A stretch of DNA of 64,000 bases, taken from an uncultured Chthonomonadaceae bacterium. Lineage in GTDB: Bacteria > Armatimonadota > Chthonomonadetes > Chthonomonadales > Chthonomonadaceae. Below are positions 40,132 to 50,338 of the stretch, in pieces. The stretch lies in contig CAWIEK010000045.1 of assembly GCA_963835065.1 (NCBI GenBank), forward strand, positions 64,001 through 128,000, given 5' to 3'. The position numbers and the translations under genes are program-made. Under the pieces are notes generated by a model that ran no database searches, was not told the origin of the DNA, and saw only the letters and a list, made by a program, of their open reading frames with translations. How positions within the stretch are numbered: the stretch's first letter is position 1; each line of letters opens with the position of its first letter.

Positions 40132-42660
40132 ATGAACCGTAGGTTTGGGTTGGCGGTACGCGCCTTTCTAGTTCCCGCAAAGCGCCGACTGTCCGCACTG
40201 TTTGCTGTCCTTTTGGCTTGTGCGGGACTTACTTATGCCGACCAGCGCGTCGCCTATATACAGTTGGGCAGACAGCCCGACGGCAGTTTTCTTGTTTCCA
40301 CCGAGCAGCGCATCGAACCCGGCGCTATTGCCTTCAACGGACGGCCCATTGACATGGCGCTGCATCCCTCTGGCGCGTTTCTCGCGGTGCTGAATCAGAG
40401 GAGTGTCCTGCTGGTCGCCCCGGACGGCGTTATTGCCGGTTCCAGCGTACTCCTCCATACGGGCGCGGGGTTTCGCGGCGCGGTCTGGTCCCCGGACGGC
40501 AGGCGCTTGTTTGTCAGCACGGCTGCCGGATACGTTCAGGAACTGGAACTGCAGGGCCGCAAACTTACGCCCGGCCCGATGATTCAAATCAAACCCGCCG
40601 GCGAAAAGGCGAACCCGCGTCCCGGCGGAATGGCGATCACGCGGGATGGCTCCCGATTGTTCGTGGCCGCTTGCGACCGCAACGCCGTCGCCGAAATAGA
40701 CCTGACTGCCAACAAATGGGTGCGCGAGTACCCGGTTCAGAACCTGCCGTTTGAAGTGAAACTGAGCGCGGACGAGAAAACGCTGATTGTCACCAACTGG
40801 GGCGGGCGCGAGGCTACGGACGAGGACGACCGCGCCGGCAGCGGCAACACCGTTATCGTGGTGGACCCGCGCGGCGCGGCGGCTTCCGGCACAGTCTGCC
40901 TCATCCGCCGGGGCAGTGGCGAGACAAAGCGCCTGAAGGTCGGCCTGCATCCTACGGCGATTGCCGTACAGGATAATTTCGCCTACGTCACCAATGCCGC
41001 CAGCGATACCCTGTCGGAAATTGATCTTGCCGCCGGGCAGGTGGTTCGCTCGATACCAATCAAATGGAGAGGCATGACCGTTTTCGGCAGCATGCCCTGC
41101 GCCCTGGCGGTGCGCGGCCAGATCGCTTATGTCTGCAACGGCGGCGATAACGCTGTGTGCGAGGTTGACCTGGCGCGGGGCAGTGTACGAGGATTCCGGC
41201 CTGCCGGCTATTATCCCGTCGCCATTGCCCTCGACAACAGCGGACAGAAAGCCTACGTTCTCAATACCAAAGGCAACGGCTCCGTGCGGCGCACCGGCAT
41301 GAACCGTTCCGGCAACGCGCACGATTTTCAAGGAACCGTTTCGGTTGTAGACCTTGCGGCGGATCTGCGAGCCACGACACAGCGGGTTGCCGACAACAAC
41401 GGCTGGAATCGGGATCGGAGCGCGCTCCGTCCACCCCTGGCGGTCTATCGCGGCGCGATTCAGCATGTCCTTTACATCATTAAGGAGAACCGCACCTATG
41501 ACGAGGTGCTTGGCGACATGCCGCAGGGCAACGGCAATCCGCGCCTGTGCTACCTGAGCGAACGCCTGACGCCCAACCAACACGCGCTTGCCCGCCAGTT
41601 CACGCTGTTCGACAACGCTTACGTCAGCGGAACCAACAGCGCGGATGGGCATCAATGGTGTACGCAGGCGCTGGCAGGCGACTATCTGGAACACTTCTTC
41701 ACCGGGTATCGCACCTATCCCTTCGATGGCAGCGACGGCATGGCGATCTCTCCCGCCGGCAGCCTGTGGGACGCCGCGCTCCGAAAACATCGGACATTTC
41801 GGGATTATGGCGAGTTCTGCGACGCCAAACTCGCTACGTTTACCCCGCCCGTGAAAACCTGGCTGGATGCCTGGCAGGATCGAACCAGTGGCAAAAACCT
41901 CATTGAGCCGCACTCCGGGACGCGCATTGTCGCCCTGCGCCCCTATCTGAACCGCCGGGTTGTTTGCTGGCCCCTGCTGGAAAGCGATCAGGAACGCGCC
42001 GACGTGTTCATTGGCGAGTACAACCGCTTCAGCCGCGCCGACAAAGTGCCCAATCTGATGATCCTGACCCTGCCCTGCGACCACACGGAAGGCCGCAATC
42101 CGAACTACCCGAAACCGCAGTGCATGGTGGCCGATAACGACCTCGCGTTGGGGCGCGTGGTGGATGCCGTCAGCAAAAGCCCGCAGTGGCGAAACACCTG
42201 CATATTCGTCATCGAAGACGACGCGCAGTTCGGCCTGGATCACGTAGATGGACACCGTACTGTGTACTTTGCGCTCAGTCCGTATACGCGGCGCGGCTTT
42301 GTGGACCACGAAATGTGCAACACAGTTTCTATGATCCGCTCCATCGAACTGATGCTCGGTCTTGATCCGATGAATCGCTTCGATGCGCTCACGCCTCCGC
42401 TTGCCGGCTGCTTTTCCGACACGCCCGACCTTTCCCCCTATACCTTCGTACTCAACCGCATCCCCCTGGACGACATGAATCCGCCGCCCCGTTCGCTTTC
42501 AGGTCTGGAGCGTCAATGGACGGAGCGGTCAATCGCCCTGGATTGGAGCGATGCCGACCACGCAGACGCGCAAACCCTCAATCGCATCCTCTGGCACACG
42601 GTACAGGGCGTGAATACCCCCTACCCGCAAGATACGGATACACCCTACCTTGCCTATTGA
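40132..42660 (+). CDS. bifunctional YVTN beta-propeller / phosphoesterase protein
   Basis: VG.HP..IA repeats, YIIKENRTYD, SADGHQW, DNDLALG, EDDAQ.G.DHVD. Confidence 0.9.
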   Translation: MNRRFGLAVRAFLVPAKRRLSALFAVLLACAGLTYADQRVAYIQLGRQPDGSFLVSTEQRIEPGAIAFNGRPIDMALHPSGAFLAVLNQRSVLLVAPDGVIAGSSVLLHTGAGFRGAVWSPDGRRLFVSTAAGYVQELELQGRKLTPGPMIQIKPAGEKANPRPGGMAITRDGSRLFVAACDRNAVAEIDLTANKWVREYPVQNLPFEVKLSADEKTLIVTNWGGREATDEDDRAGSGNTVIVVDPRGAAASGTVCLIRRGSGETKRLKVGLHPTAIAVQDNFAYVTNAASDTLSEIDLAAGQVVRSIPIKWRGMTVFGSMPCALAVRGQIAYVCNGGDNAVCEVDLARGSVRGFRPAGYYPVAIALDNSGQKAYVLNTKGNGSVRRTGMNRSGNAHDFQGTVSVVDLAADLRATTQRVADNNGWNRDRSALRPPLAVYRGAIQHVLYIIKENRTYDEVLGDMPQGNGNPRLCYLSERLTPNQHALARQFTLFDNAYVSGTNSADGHQWCTQALAGDYLEHFFTGYRTYPFDGSDGMAISPAGSLWDAALRKHRTFRDYGEFCDAKLATFTPPVKTWLDAWQDRTSGKNLIEPHSGTRIVALRPYLNRRVVCWPLLESDQERADVFIGEYNRFSRADKVPNLMILTLPCDHTEGRNPNYPKPQCMVADNDLALGRVVDAVSKSPQWRNTCIFVIEDDAQFGLDHVDGHRTVYFALSPYTRRGFVDHEMCNTVSMIRSIELMLGLDPMNRFDALTPPLAGCFSDTPDLSPYTFVLNRIPLDDMNPPPRSLSGLERQWTERSIALDWSDADHADAQTLNRILWHTVQGVNTPYPQDTDTPYLAY

Positions 42661-42666
42661 ACTCCC

Positions 42667-44337
42667 CTACCTTTCTCCGTTTGGCGCGGCGGCAGGCGCG
42701 GACGCTGGTGGAGAGGCAAGGGGAGCAACCATGCGGGCGGGCGTATCCGTGTGTCCGGTCACTTCCGTAAAGTCGTAGGGATGGCTGGCGGTGGAATAAA
42801 AACTGCGGTCAGGCAGAAGTGGGTATTTCAAGCCGAAAACATACGTCAGCACAATGCGAAACGAGTTTACCGGCGTGATAGTGTCGTACAGATGAACCCG
42901 CGCTTTTTCCGGCACATAGTAGGCGTTGAGGATGGAAAACGGCTCCCGCAGATCCGTATTTTGCAGGCTTTCCCAATCCAAATTCATGCGCGACCCATGA
43001 TCGCCCTGAATAATGATAATCGGCGGGCGGCGCGACTGGCGTAAAATCGCGTCAACCGCTTCCAGAGTGCGCCGGTTCACATATTGCAGTTGGGCAATGT
43101 AACCGCTTTTGTACTCTTCCCGCGTAATCTGCTGCAGCAGCCACGAAGCATCCGCAAAATTCAGAGATCCATGCGGATTGATTGGTTCGCCGTTCGCGCC
43201 GAATACGAAGGGCGGGTGCGGAGCGAGCGCATGCGCGAACACGAACTTCGAGTAAGGCAATTGCGCCACCGTGTTCAGATTATTGAACACTCCCATCAGA
43301 CGCGCCCGGTGACTGTCGTAGCGGGCGCGCTGAAACTCAGAATTATTGCCCATCGGCGTGTAATTGAGAGCCTGCCCCTCGAACGGAGAAATATCCGGTT
43401 CGGCGTTCAGCACCAGGTCCGGCGTGACATTGCGGGTTTCTTCCAGCCCGGACCAGATGTTGACATAGTGGTAGCCGAAAGGCCGGAGGCGGGCGGCAAC
43501 AGCATTGTCATCTATCTTCTGCCGCATCACCTCCGGGTCAAGCCTGTCGGGGAAACTTTGCAGATAGTTCATGTTGAGCGCGGTCGCTATGCACAACTGC
43601 GTTTGATCGTAATTGGCCCCGCTGTGCCGGGCAATGTAAAAGCCGCGTTTTTCCAATTCCTGCAAAAACGGCGTGTTGTCGTAGCCGTAAAAGGTTTGCA
43701 GGCGATCCGCCCGCCCGTAAGCATCCAGAATGATGTAGTAGACATCGGGCTGATCGGCGGAAGCAGGCGGCGGAATGGGCGAATGGCGGATGGTGGCGGC
43801 AGGCGTTCCGCCCCCATGTCCCGCCTGCCCGTTTGTCCCATGCGCGTTCCAGAGACTGCCGATTAACGTCCATGCGGAAGGCAGCACGAGCAGCGCGGAA
43901 GCGAAATTCAGGGCGGCAGTGGCATCCAGCAGCGGACGCGAGGTTCGGAGCGTGAGGACAAGCAGCGCAATCAGGCCGATTATGCAGGCCGGGCCGACCA
44001 TTCCTTGCAGCGCAGGCGGCGTCACGTTCCGAATGTGCGCGTAAGAAAAGAACAGCAATACGGCTGCCGACGCGACGATTGCGCCCTTGCGAACGTGCCG
44101 ACTGACGATGCCAAAGAACGTCCAGACAGCCACCGTCGCCAATAGCGTGACGCCAAGAGGTCGAACAAGCTGCGCGACAGGCGTCTGGCCGAGGTTGTGT
44201 ACGAAAAGCGCCAGAATGGGGAAAACAGCAAATAAAAGCGGATGGAACGGCACAACGCGGCGAGGGCGGGCCGAGGGCTTCTTTGCGGATTCGGGGGGAA
44301 CGCCCGCAGACTCCGGTTCTGAAGACGACATGCTCAT
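42667..44337 (-). CDS. membrane protein with sulfatase/LTA-synthase-like domain
   Basis: 5 N-terminal TMs, PDVYYIILDAY, AHALAPHPPF, QGDHG. Confidence 0.82.
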   Translation of the reverse strand: MSMSSSEPESAGVPPESAKKPSARPRRVVPFHPLLFAVFPILALFVHNLGQTPVAQLVRPLGVTLLATVAVWTFFGIVSRHVRKGAIVASAAVLLFFSYAHIRNVTPPALQGMVGPACIIGLIALLVLTLRTSRPLLDATAALNFASALLVLPSAWTLIGSLWNAHGTNGQAGHGGGTPAATIRHSPIPPPASADQPDVYYIILDAYGRADRLQTFYGYDNTPFLQELEKRGFYIARHSGANYDQTQLCIATALNMNYLQSFPDRLDPEVMRQKIDDNAVAARLRPFGYHYVNIWSGLEETRNVTPDLVLNAEPDISPFEGQALNYTPMGNNSEFQRARYDSHRARLMGVFNNLNTVAQLPYSKFVFAHALAPHPPFVFGANGEPINPHGSLNFADASWLLQQITREEYKSGYIAQLQYVNRRTLEAVDAILRQSRRPPIIIIQGDHGSRMNLDWESLQNTDLREPFSILNAYYVPEKARVHLYDTITPVNSFRIVLTYVFGLKYPLLPDRSFYSTASHPYDFTEVTGHTDTPARMVAPLASPPASAPAAAPNGER

Positions 44338-45740
44338 TGTGAATTCCCCGGCAGCGTCCTTCCCTGCATCAGGTAGAGCGTTCTTTCGCTGTCCGGCACG
44401 GGAACCGCGCGAACGATGTCAAATGAACGGCGGAATGCGGTTTCAAAGCCTTCTTGAGAATACGTGTCGAAGATGTCTTTTCGGCTGGCAAGCAGGCGCT
44501 TTACCTGCGAGTCGCTTTTGGGAATAAACTCGACGATCAGCCATTGGGCACAGGCGCGAAAAAACCGCGCGACATTGCCGAGCGGCACATTGTTGCCGAT
44601 AGCGAGATGATGCACGAGCGCGAGCGCCATTGCCACATCCGCGGGGCCGCGCTTCAGCAGCGACTGTCTTTCCTCCAGCGCCCACCCCAGATTGGGACTT
44701 GGATTTGTCAGGTCCTGCACGAGCGGCAGGATTCGCGCTTCCCCTGCCGCGCGGCCTTCCAGATAGTTCTTTTCCACAGCAGCGGGATCAATGTCCCACG
44801 CAAGCGTAAAAGTGTCGCGCTGCGCGGCAAGACGGCTGAACACGCCTGTATTCGCGCCCAAATCCCACGCCATTCGCGGGCGAGGCGTAACGCTGTCCAG
44901 CATTTCCCCGACCAGTCGGCGCTTCCCCTCCATAGCCCCCTCGGAGTAGTTCGTCTGCGTGTAATATTCCGCCCACGTCGTGCCGGCAGGCTTCCAATTT
45001 TGGGCGCGCACCGTGCCTTCCAGACTGTCAATCAGACTGAGCAGGGCTGTTCGGGTCATGCGAGCGGCTGTGCCGGAACGGTCTACGGCCTGCCCCTGAA
45101 AGCGGTTTTGCGCGGCGGCGTGAATGTGGATATGCGAGAGCAGACCGGGACGCAGCCACGTGGCGCGGGGCAGCAGGCGGCTGGCGAGGTCCAGCGCAAT
45201 GCCGTCCACATCCGTACGCAGCAGTTTTTGGAGCCGAATGTCCGTTCGGCTCATCAGCGCAAGGGGGGCAAGGAAATGCTGGCAGAACTGTTTATAAGCG
45301 TCCCAGGGCTTGCCTTCCACAACCGTTTCAAAGGAAAGGGTGTCTATCAGCGTCGGCTTGCCATTTCGGAACTGGATATTGTAGGCGCTGGCATCCTTAA
45401 GAGACATGCCGAAGCGCAGCGCTTCCTTCTGAATTTGCAGCGTTGCCAGCGCGGCATCCTTCAGTTGGCTGAAGCACCATTCGTATGGATAGGAGATAAA
45501 AGAAAGCCGTTCCGGGCGGAGAACGCGGTAAGCATCTCCGGTCATGGCGCTGGCGGCGTCCTCTTCAACATGGGGAATCAGCAGGCCGGCGGTGACGAGA
45601 GCCTCGTACAGCCCCGACTCCATCAGTTTCGCGTAGTCCTCGCGGTAGCCGTTCTGAACCTGGCGGAAAAGCGTGTCGTCTCGATAAAAGATAAAGCCGC
45701 TGGTGTCTCGGAAAGAACCCGGTTCAATGGATGTGGTCAT
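44334..45740 (-). CDS. NoeA-like SAM-dependent methyltransferase with kinase-like N-terminus
   Basis: SFRD.SG, FISYPYEW, LKDASAYNIQF, IDTLSF, DLGANTG, ALALVHHL. Confidence 0.85.
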   Translation of the reverse strand: MTTSIEPGSFRDTSGFIFYRDDTLFRQVQNGYREDYAKLMESGLYEALVTAGLLIPHVEEDAASAMTGDAYRVLRPERLSFISYPYEWCFSQLKDAALATLQIQKEALRFGMSLKDASAYNIQFRNGKPTLIDTLSFETVVEGKPWDAYKQFCQHFLAPLALMSRTDIRLQKLLRTDVDGIALDLASRLLPRATWLRPGLLSHIHIHAAAQNRFQGQAVDRSGTAARMTRTALLSLIDSLEGTVRAQNWKPAGTTWAEYYTQTNYSEGAMEGKRRLVGEMLDSVTPRPRMAWDLGANTGVFSRLAAQRDTFTLAWDIDPAAVEKNYLEGRAAGEARILPLVQDLTNPSPNLGWALEERQSLLKRGPADVAMALALVHHLAIGNNVPLGNVARFFRACAQWLIVEFIPKSDSQVKRLLASRKDIFDTYSQEGFETAFRRSFDIVRAVPVPDSERTLYLMQGRTLPGNSQ

Positions 45741-45964
45741 TCCTCGCCGCGCGTCCCTGGGTCATTCTCTGGGTCATTCTTACGAGTGAAGCGTCCGACA
45801 ATGAAGTTTTTCAGCCGCTGCCAGTACATCTTCATTGTAAAGACGAGCGTGAGAATGCCGGCCATAGCCATTTGGATCATGTAGCTGCCGCTGCCGGCAT
45901 CAATATAAGCGTGGGCGGGCGCGGTGGCCGCAAGCAGCAGCGCGGCGATTACCAGGTAAACCAT
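45737..45964 (-). CDS. small membrane protein (AYID.G.GS motif)
   Basis: AHAYIDAGSGSYMIQMAMAGIL; ATGA overlap with the methyltransferase. Confidence 0.75.
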   Translation of the reverse strand: MVYLVIAALLLAATAPAHAYIDAGSGSYMIQMAMAGILTLVFTMKMYWQRLKNFIVGRFTRKNDPENDPGTRGEE

Positions 45965-46381
45965 GATGGGGGTCCTTCCTGCAAGGAAATCAGGAGAAAA
46001 ATAGCGAAGCCGCACCGGATCAATGGCTTCTGTAGCTAGAATGACGAATGGAATAGAGAATAGTTCTGTTAAACTTTGACATAGTTTCGCTAAATTTCGG
46101 CCTTTGTGCCTTGCCACAGGAAAAACGACTGGATATAACGGATTGGTTATGCGCGGTATTTGTCTGCCAATGGCGTTTGCCCCGTTGGTTCCGGCGCAGG
46201 CGTTGCGCAATCTCTGCCGACTCGTGCTATAATGACGTGTGAAAAATCATTAACCCAAGTGAGAACGGACAGGATGGACAAAAATAAACGTCCGGCCTGC
46301 GCCGTCTTTTACACCGTCCGACACGTATTAAACACGTATCTGAGCGCCCTGGAAATAAACACAACAGGAGAGGATAGATAG

Positions 46382-47395
46382 ATGGCCGATACCACCATGG
46401 AACGACCTGCGGAAAACAGCTCTTACCGCGATGAGCTGGCAGGGTTGTACCGCCTGATGCTTCTCATACGCCGCCTGGAAGAATCCGTCTACCGCAAATT
46501 CCATGAAGCGAAAATCGGCGGCTATCTGCACCGCTACGATGGCATGGAGGCGCTGGTTGTCGGCGTTATCCCGCAACTTCAGCTTCCCGGTGATTATGTA
46601 CTCTGCACCTACCGCGACCATGCCCACGCGCTTGCCTGCGGGACGTCGGCCCGCGCGGTCATGGCCGAACTGATGGGACGCGCTACGGGCTGCGCCCTGG
46701 GCAAGGGTGGCTCCATGCACCTGACCGACCCTGAGCGCGGCTTTCTGGGCGGCGACGGTATTGTCGGCGGCCCGGTTCCCATTTCGCTCGGCGTTGGCTT
46801 CGCGTTGAAATACCGTAATACCAACAACATCTGCGTCTGCTACTTCGGCGACGGCGCGATGAATCAGGGCGGCGTTCACGAATCGCTGAACATGGTCGGC
46901 TTGTACAAACTGCCCGTTCTCTATATTCTGGAAAACAACCGCTACGCGATGGGCACGTCTGTCGAGCGTTCCACCAGCCAGCCCGATTTCGTGCTGAAGG
47001 CCAAAGCGCACGGGATCGCCGGCGAACAGGTGAATGGCATGGACTTGCTGACAATGCGGGACGCGGCCAAACGCGCGATTGAGCGCATCCGCGACACCGG
47101 CGAAGCCTACTTCCTGCAAGTGGATTGCGAGCGCTTCGTCGGACACGGCATCGGCGACGACAACACCAAAGCGTGGCAAACCTACCGCACTCAGGAGCAG
47201 CTTGACGAGATCAAGAATACGCGCGACCCCCTCAAAAACCTGCAGGACATGCTTCTCGCGGACGGCTACCTGACCATGCAGGACGTGGACAAGTTCGAGC
47301 AGGAAGTCCACGCGGAAGTGGAAGACGCCGTAGCCTTCGCCGAAGCCAGCCCCGAACCGCCGCTGGACAGTTTGTATGAGAATGTATTTTCGTAG
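46382..47395 (+). CDS. pdhA: pyruvate dehydrogenase E1 alpha
   Basis: TYRDH, GKGGSMH, TPP motif GDGAMNQG..ENN. Confidence 0.93.
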   Translation: MADTTMERPAENSSYRDELAGLYRLMLLIRRLEESVYRKFHEAKIGGYLHRYDGMEALVVGVIPQLQLPGDYVLCTYRDHAHALACGTSARAVMAELMGRATGCALGKGGSMHLTDPERGFLGGDGIVGGPVPISLGVGFALKYRNTNNICVCYFGDGAMNQGGVHESLNMVGLYKLPVLYILENNRYAMGTSVERSTSQPDFVLKAKAHGIAGEQVNGMDLLTMRDAAKRAIERIRDTGEAYFLQVDCERFVGHGIGDDNTKAWQTYRTQEQLDEIKNTRDPLKNLQDMLLADGYLTMQDVDKFEQEVHAEVEDAVAFAEASPEPPLDSLYENVFS

Positions 47396-47514
47396 GTAGA
47401 CGGTAGACGGTAGACGGTAGACGGTAACACGTCTGCCGCTCGCCGACTACGCAAATGCAGCAAGCCCAACTTGTAAGACGGCTACCGTATTCCGTCTACC
47501 GTCTACCGTCTACC
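47395..47514. repeat. inverted pair of heptamer arrays (GGTAGAC)x4 / (GTCTACC)x3
   Basis: 47395-47426 and 47483-47514, between pdhA and pdhB. Confidence 0.92.
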
Positions 47515-47528
47515 TTTTGGAGACTTGA

Positions 47529-48506
47529 ATGGCCGTAATGCGCTATCAGCAGGCGCTTCGACTCGCGATGACCGAGGAGATGGAGCGCGACGAAGATGTG
47601 TTTATTTGTGGGGAAGAAGTGGGGCAGTATCAGGGCACGTACCGCGTGACCGAAGGGATGCTGCAAAAGTTCGGGCCGAAGCGCGTGGTGGACACGCCTA
47701 TCAGCGAAATCGGCATTGCGGGTTTGGCGACAGGCGCGGCGATGGTCGGGATGCGCCCAGTCGCCGAATTCATGACGTGGTCGTTCGCCCTCGAAGCGAT
47801 GGATCAGCTTGTCAATCATGCCGCCAAGATTACCTACATGTCGGGCGGGCGAATTCAATGCCCGGTTGTGTTTCGCGGGCCGGCGGGCGTCGGCACGCAG
47901 CTTTCCGCCCAGCACTCCCAAAGCATGGAGTCATGGTACGCCCATACGCCCGGCTTCAAAGTGGTAATGCCCGCGATGCCGGAAGACGCGAAGGGGCTGC
48001 TGAAAACCGCCATCCGCGAAAACAACCCGGTTATCTTTATGGAACACGCGGGCTTGTACGGCTTGCAGGGCGAAGTGCCGGATGACCCCGACTTCACCGT
48101 GCCGTTCGGACAGGCGGCGGTGCGGCGCGAAGGCAAGGACATTTCGCTGATTTCGTATTCGCGCGGCCTGCATCTGTGCCTGAAAGCGGCGGACATACTG
48201 GCGAAAGACAAGATTGACTGCGAAGTAATAGACCTGCGGACGCTGGTTCCGCTTGATATGGATACGGTCGTCAAGTCCGTTCAAAAGACGCATCGCGCGG
48301 TTTTGGCACAGGAAGAATGGAAAAATGTCGGATTCATGGCAGAAGTGGCCGCGCGCATCTATGAGCAGGCGTTTGATTCTATGGACGCGCCCATTGAGCG
48401 CGTCGGCGGCGCAGACGTTCCCATGCCCTACGCCAAAAACCTGGAAACCGCCGCTATTCCCACCGCCAACGACGTTGTAGCCGCTGTTAAACGCGCATTA
48501 GCATAG
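47529..48506 (+). CDS. pdhB: pyruvate dehydrogenase E1 beta
   Basis: GEEV, DTPISE, AQHSQ, IDLRTL.PLD, DVPMPY. Confidence 0.95.
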   Translation: MAVMRYQQALRLAMTEEMERDEDVFICGEEVGQYQGTYRVTEGMLQKFGPKRVVDTPISEIGIAGLATGAAMVGMRPVAEFMTWSFALEAMDQLVNHAAKITYMSGGRIQCPVVFRGPAGVGTQLSAQHSQSMESWYAHTPGFKVVMPAMPEDAKGLLKTAIRENNPVIFMEHAGLYGLQGEVPDDPDFTVPFGQAAVRREGKDISLISYSRGLHLCLKAADILAKDKIDCEVIDLRTLVPLDMDTVVKSVQKTHRAVLAQEEWKNVGFMAEVAARIYEQAFDSMDAPIERVGGADVPMPYAKNLETAAIPTANDVVAAVKRALA

Positions 48507-48512
48507 AAGAAC

Positions 48513-48639
48513 GAGGGAAAAGGGAAAAGGGAAAAGGGAAAAGCAAACGTGTTGCTAGTGACTGCGGCCATTCCTTGCACATTATAAGCCGACTTTCGCG
48601 CTGCACTACTTTTCCCTTTTCCCTTTTCCCTTTTCCCTT
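48513..48639. repeat. inverted pair of heptamer arrays (AGGGAAA)x4 / (TTTCCCT)x4
   Basis: 48513-48543 and 48610-48639, between pdhB and pdhC. Confidence 0.92.
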
Positions 48640-48652
48640 GCGAGGAACTCGC

Positions 48653-49963
48653 ATGGCTCTAGTTGATTTTAAGATGCCCAAAATGGGCGATGGCATGGAA
48701 GAGGGTACAGTCACCGAATGGCTGAAAAAAGAGGGCGATCCGGTCAAGAATGAAGAGGCGATTGCCAAAGTCGAGACCGACAAAGCCAACGTGGACATCG
48801 CCGCCACAGAAACGGGCACACTGTCCAAAATTATTGTGCAGGTCGGACAAACGGTTCCCGTTGGCGGCGTGATTGCGCAGATTGACAATGGGAAGGTGGC
48901 TCCCGCCCCACCGATATTTGTTCCTCCCACACCCACTCCGACACCTGACCCTCCCATAGACACCGAGGACTCCCACAAAACGACCGGGACAAATGGCAGC
49001 AATGGCACGGGTGGTAACGGGCATGAGAAACCATCCTTACCGGTGTTTCCCTTGCTTCCGGGCGCAGAGCGCGTGAAAGCCTCGCCACTGGTTCGGGCGA
49101 TAGCAAAAGAAAAGGGATTGGCGCTGGCGGAAATTCTCGGTACCGGGCCGGGCGGGCGCATTGTGCAGCGCGATGTGGTGGCCTATCTGCAAACCTTGCC
49201 GAGCGCTTCCACGCCCCCCGCGGTTTCGCCAACGCCTCCTGTAACAATTCCTGTTGTGTTTTCCGACGAGGATACCACGCAGGAGATTACACCGTCCAAC
49301 ATGCGTAAAGCTATTGCCAAACGCACGGCGCAAAGCAAGCAGAACATCCCCCATTTCTACGTTACCATGCTGGTCGAGATGGATCGCGCACTGGCTCTGC
49401 TGAAGGAACTGAACGCGGACACGAACGAAGGTAAAATCACGGTCAATGACATTATTGTGAAAGCCTGCGCCCGTTCGCTTGCCAGAGTGCCGGAGGTAAA
49501 TTCGACATGGACGCCGGAAAACACGGTTAAGCGCTATGCCCACGCGCATATCGGCATTGCGGTCGGCATTGACGACGGCCTGATTATCCCGGTTGTGCGC
49601 GATTGCCACAAGAAATCCCTGCGCGACATCTCTGCGGAAGCCAAGCAGTTGATTGTCAAGGCCAAAAACAACCAACTGAAGCCGGAAGAGTATCAAGGCG
49701 GCACGTTCAGCGTTTCCAATTTGGGCATGATGGGCGTAGACGAGTTTATCGCTATCATCAACCCGCCGGAAGCCGCAATTCTGGCAATCGGCGGCATTGC
49801 GCGCGAACCCGTTGTGGCCGGCAACACGGATGAAATCGTGATCCGCTCCCGCATGAAAATAACCATCAGCGCCGATCACCGCCTGCTCGACGGCGTGGTA
49901 GCCGCCCGCTTCTTACAGGAAGTCAAGAAAGCGCTGGAAGCCCCCTTCTCGCTTCTGTCGTAG
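48653..49963 (+). CDS. pdhC: dihydrolipoamide acetyltransferase (E2)
   Basis: Lipoyl ETDKA, E3-binding GTGPGGRI, catalytic DHRLLDG. Confidence 0.94.
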   Translation: MALVDFKMPKMGDGMEEGTVTEWLKKEGDPVKNEEAIAKVETDKANVDIAATETGTLSKIIVQVGQTVPVGGVIAQIDNGKVAPAPPIFVPPTPTPTPDPPIDTEDSHKTTGTNGSNGTGGNGHEKPSLPVFPLLPGAERVKASPLVRAIAKEKGLALAEILGTGPGGRIVQRDVVAYLQTLPSASTPPAVSPTPPVTIPVVFSDEDTTQEITPSNMRKAIAKRTAQSKQNIPHFYVTMLVEMDRALALLKELNADTNEGKITVNDIIVKACARSLARVPEVNSTWTPENTVKRYAHAHIGIAVGIDDGLIIPVVRDCHKKSLRDISAEAKQLIVKAKNNQLKPEEYQGGTFSVSNLGMMGVDEFIAIINPPEAAILAIGGIAREPVVAGNTDEIVIRSRMKITISADHRLLDGVVAARFLQEVKKALEAPFSLLS

Positions 49964-49988
49964 TTATCTTTACGCCTGTGTTCACACC

Positions 49989-50022
49989 AACGCCCGTTTT
50001 GTCACCGCAAAATGGGCGTTTT
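49989..50022 (+). terminator. intrinsic terminator of the pdh operon
   Basis: aacgcccgttttg..caaaatgggcgtt + tt. Confidence 0.75.
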
Positions 50023-50062
50023 GTCCTTCATCAGTCAGGACGTATATTAAGGAGGTAACAAC

Positions 50063-50338
50063 ATGCCACATCCACGTTTCAAGAGTGGTGAAATTGGTGA
50101 AATTGGTGAGGAGCTTTACAAGCAACGTATCCGCGCGCAGGTAGAGACTGAGGAGAACATCGGCAAACTGCTTTCCATTGATGTGGAAACCGGTGATTAT
50201 GAAATCGGCGATGACCAGAGTTTAGACGCGCCACGCCGCCTGCATGAAAAGCATCCCGGCGCGGCAGTGTATACGCTGCGCATCGGATACGATGCCGTCT
50301 ATGCGATTGGCGGGGTTGTGGAGCGTACCGCTTCATGA
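50063..50338 (+). CDS. small acidic protein (DUF5678-like)
   Basis: AGGAGG SD; GKLLSIDVETGDYEI..HPGA.VYTLRIG pattern. Confidence 0.75.
   Translation: MPHPRFKSGEIGEIGEELYKQRIRAQVETEENIGKLLSIDVETGDYEIGDDQSLDAPRRLHEKHPGAAVYTLRIGYDAVYAIGGVVERTAS

Noticed and set aside
40168..42309. Long antisense ORFs (also 2122..3333, 20986..22245, 28999..29967, 44454..45884, 46328..47311)
   Set aside because: Shadow frames opposite well-supported genes in GC-rich DNA, with no recognisable motifs
47395..48639. Tandem arrays as CRISPR
   Set aside because: Units are 7-9 nt without unique spacers between them; no cas genes in the window
48575..48652. N-terminal extensions in the ORF track for pdhC, ABC-F, SDR, CRTAC1 and the 51728 gene
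   Set aside because: They translate intergenic repeat arrays; downstream starts match family N-termini
46382..49963. Absence of lpdA from the pdh cluster as a novelty
   Set aside because: E3 is commonly encoded elsewhere and shared among 2-oxoacid dehydrogenases
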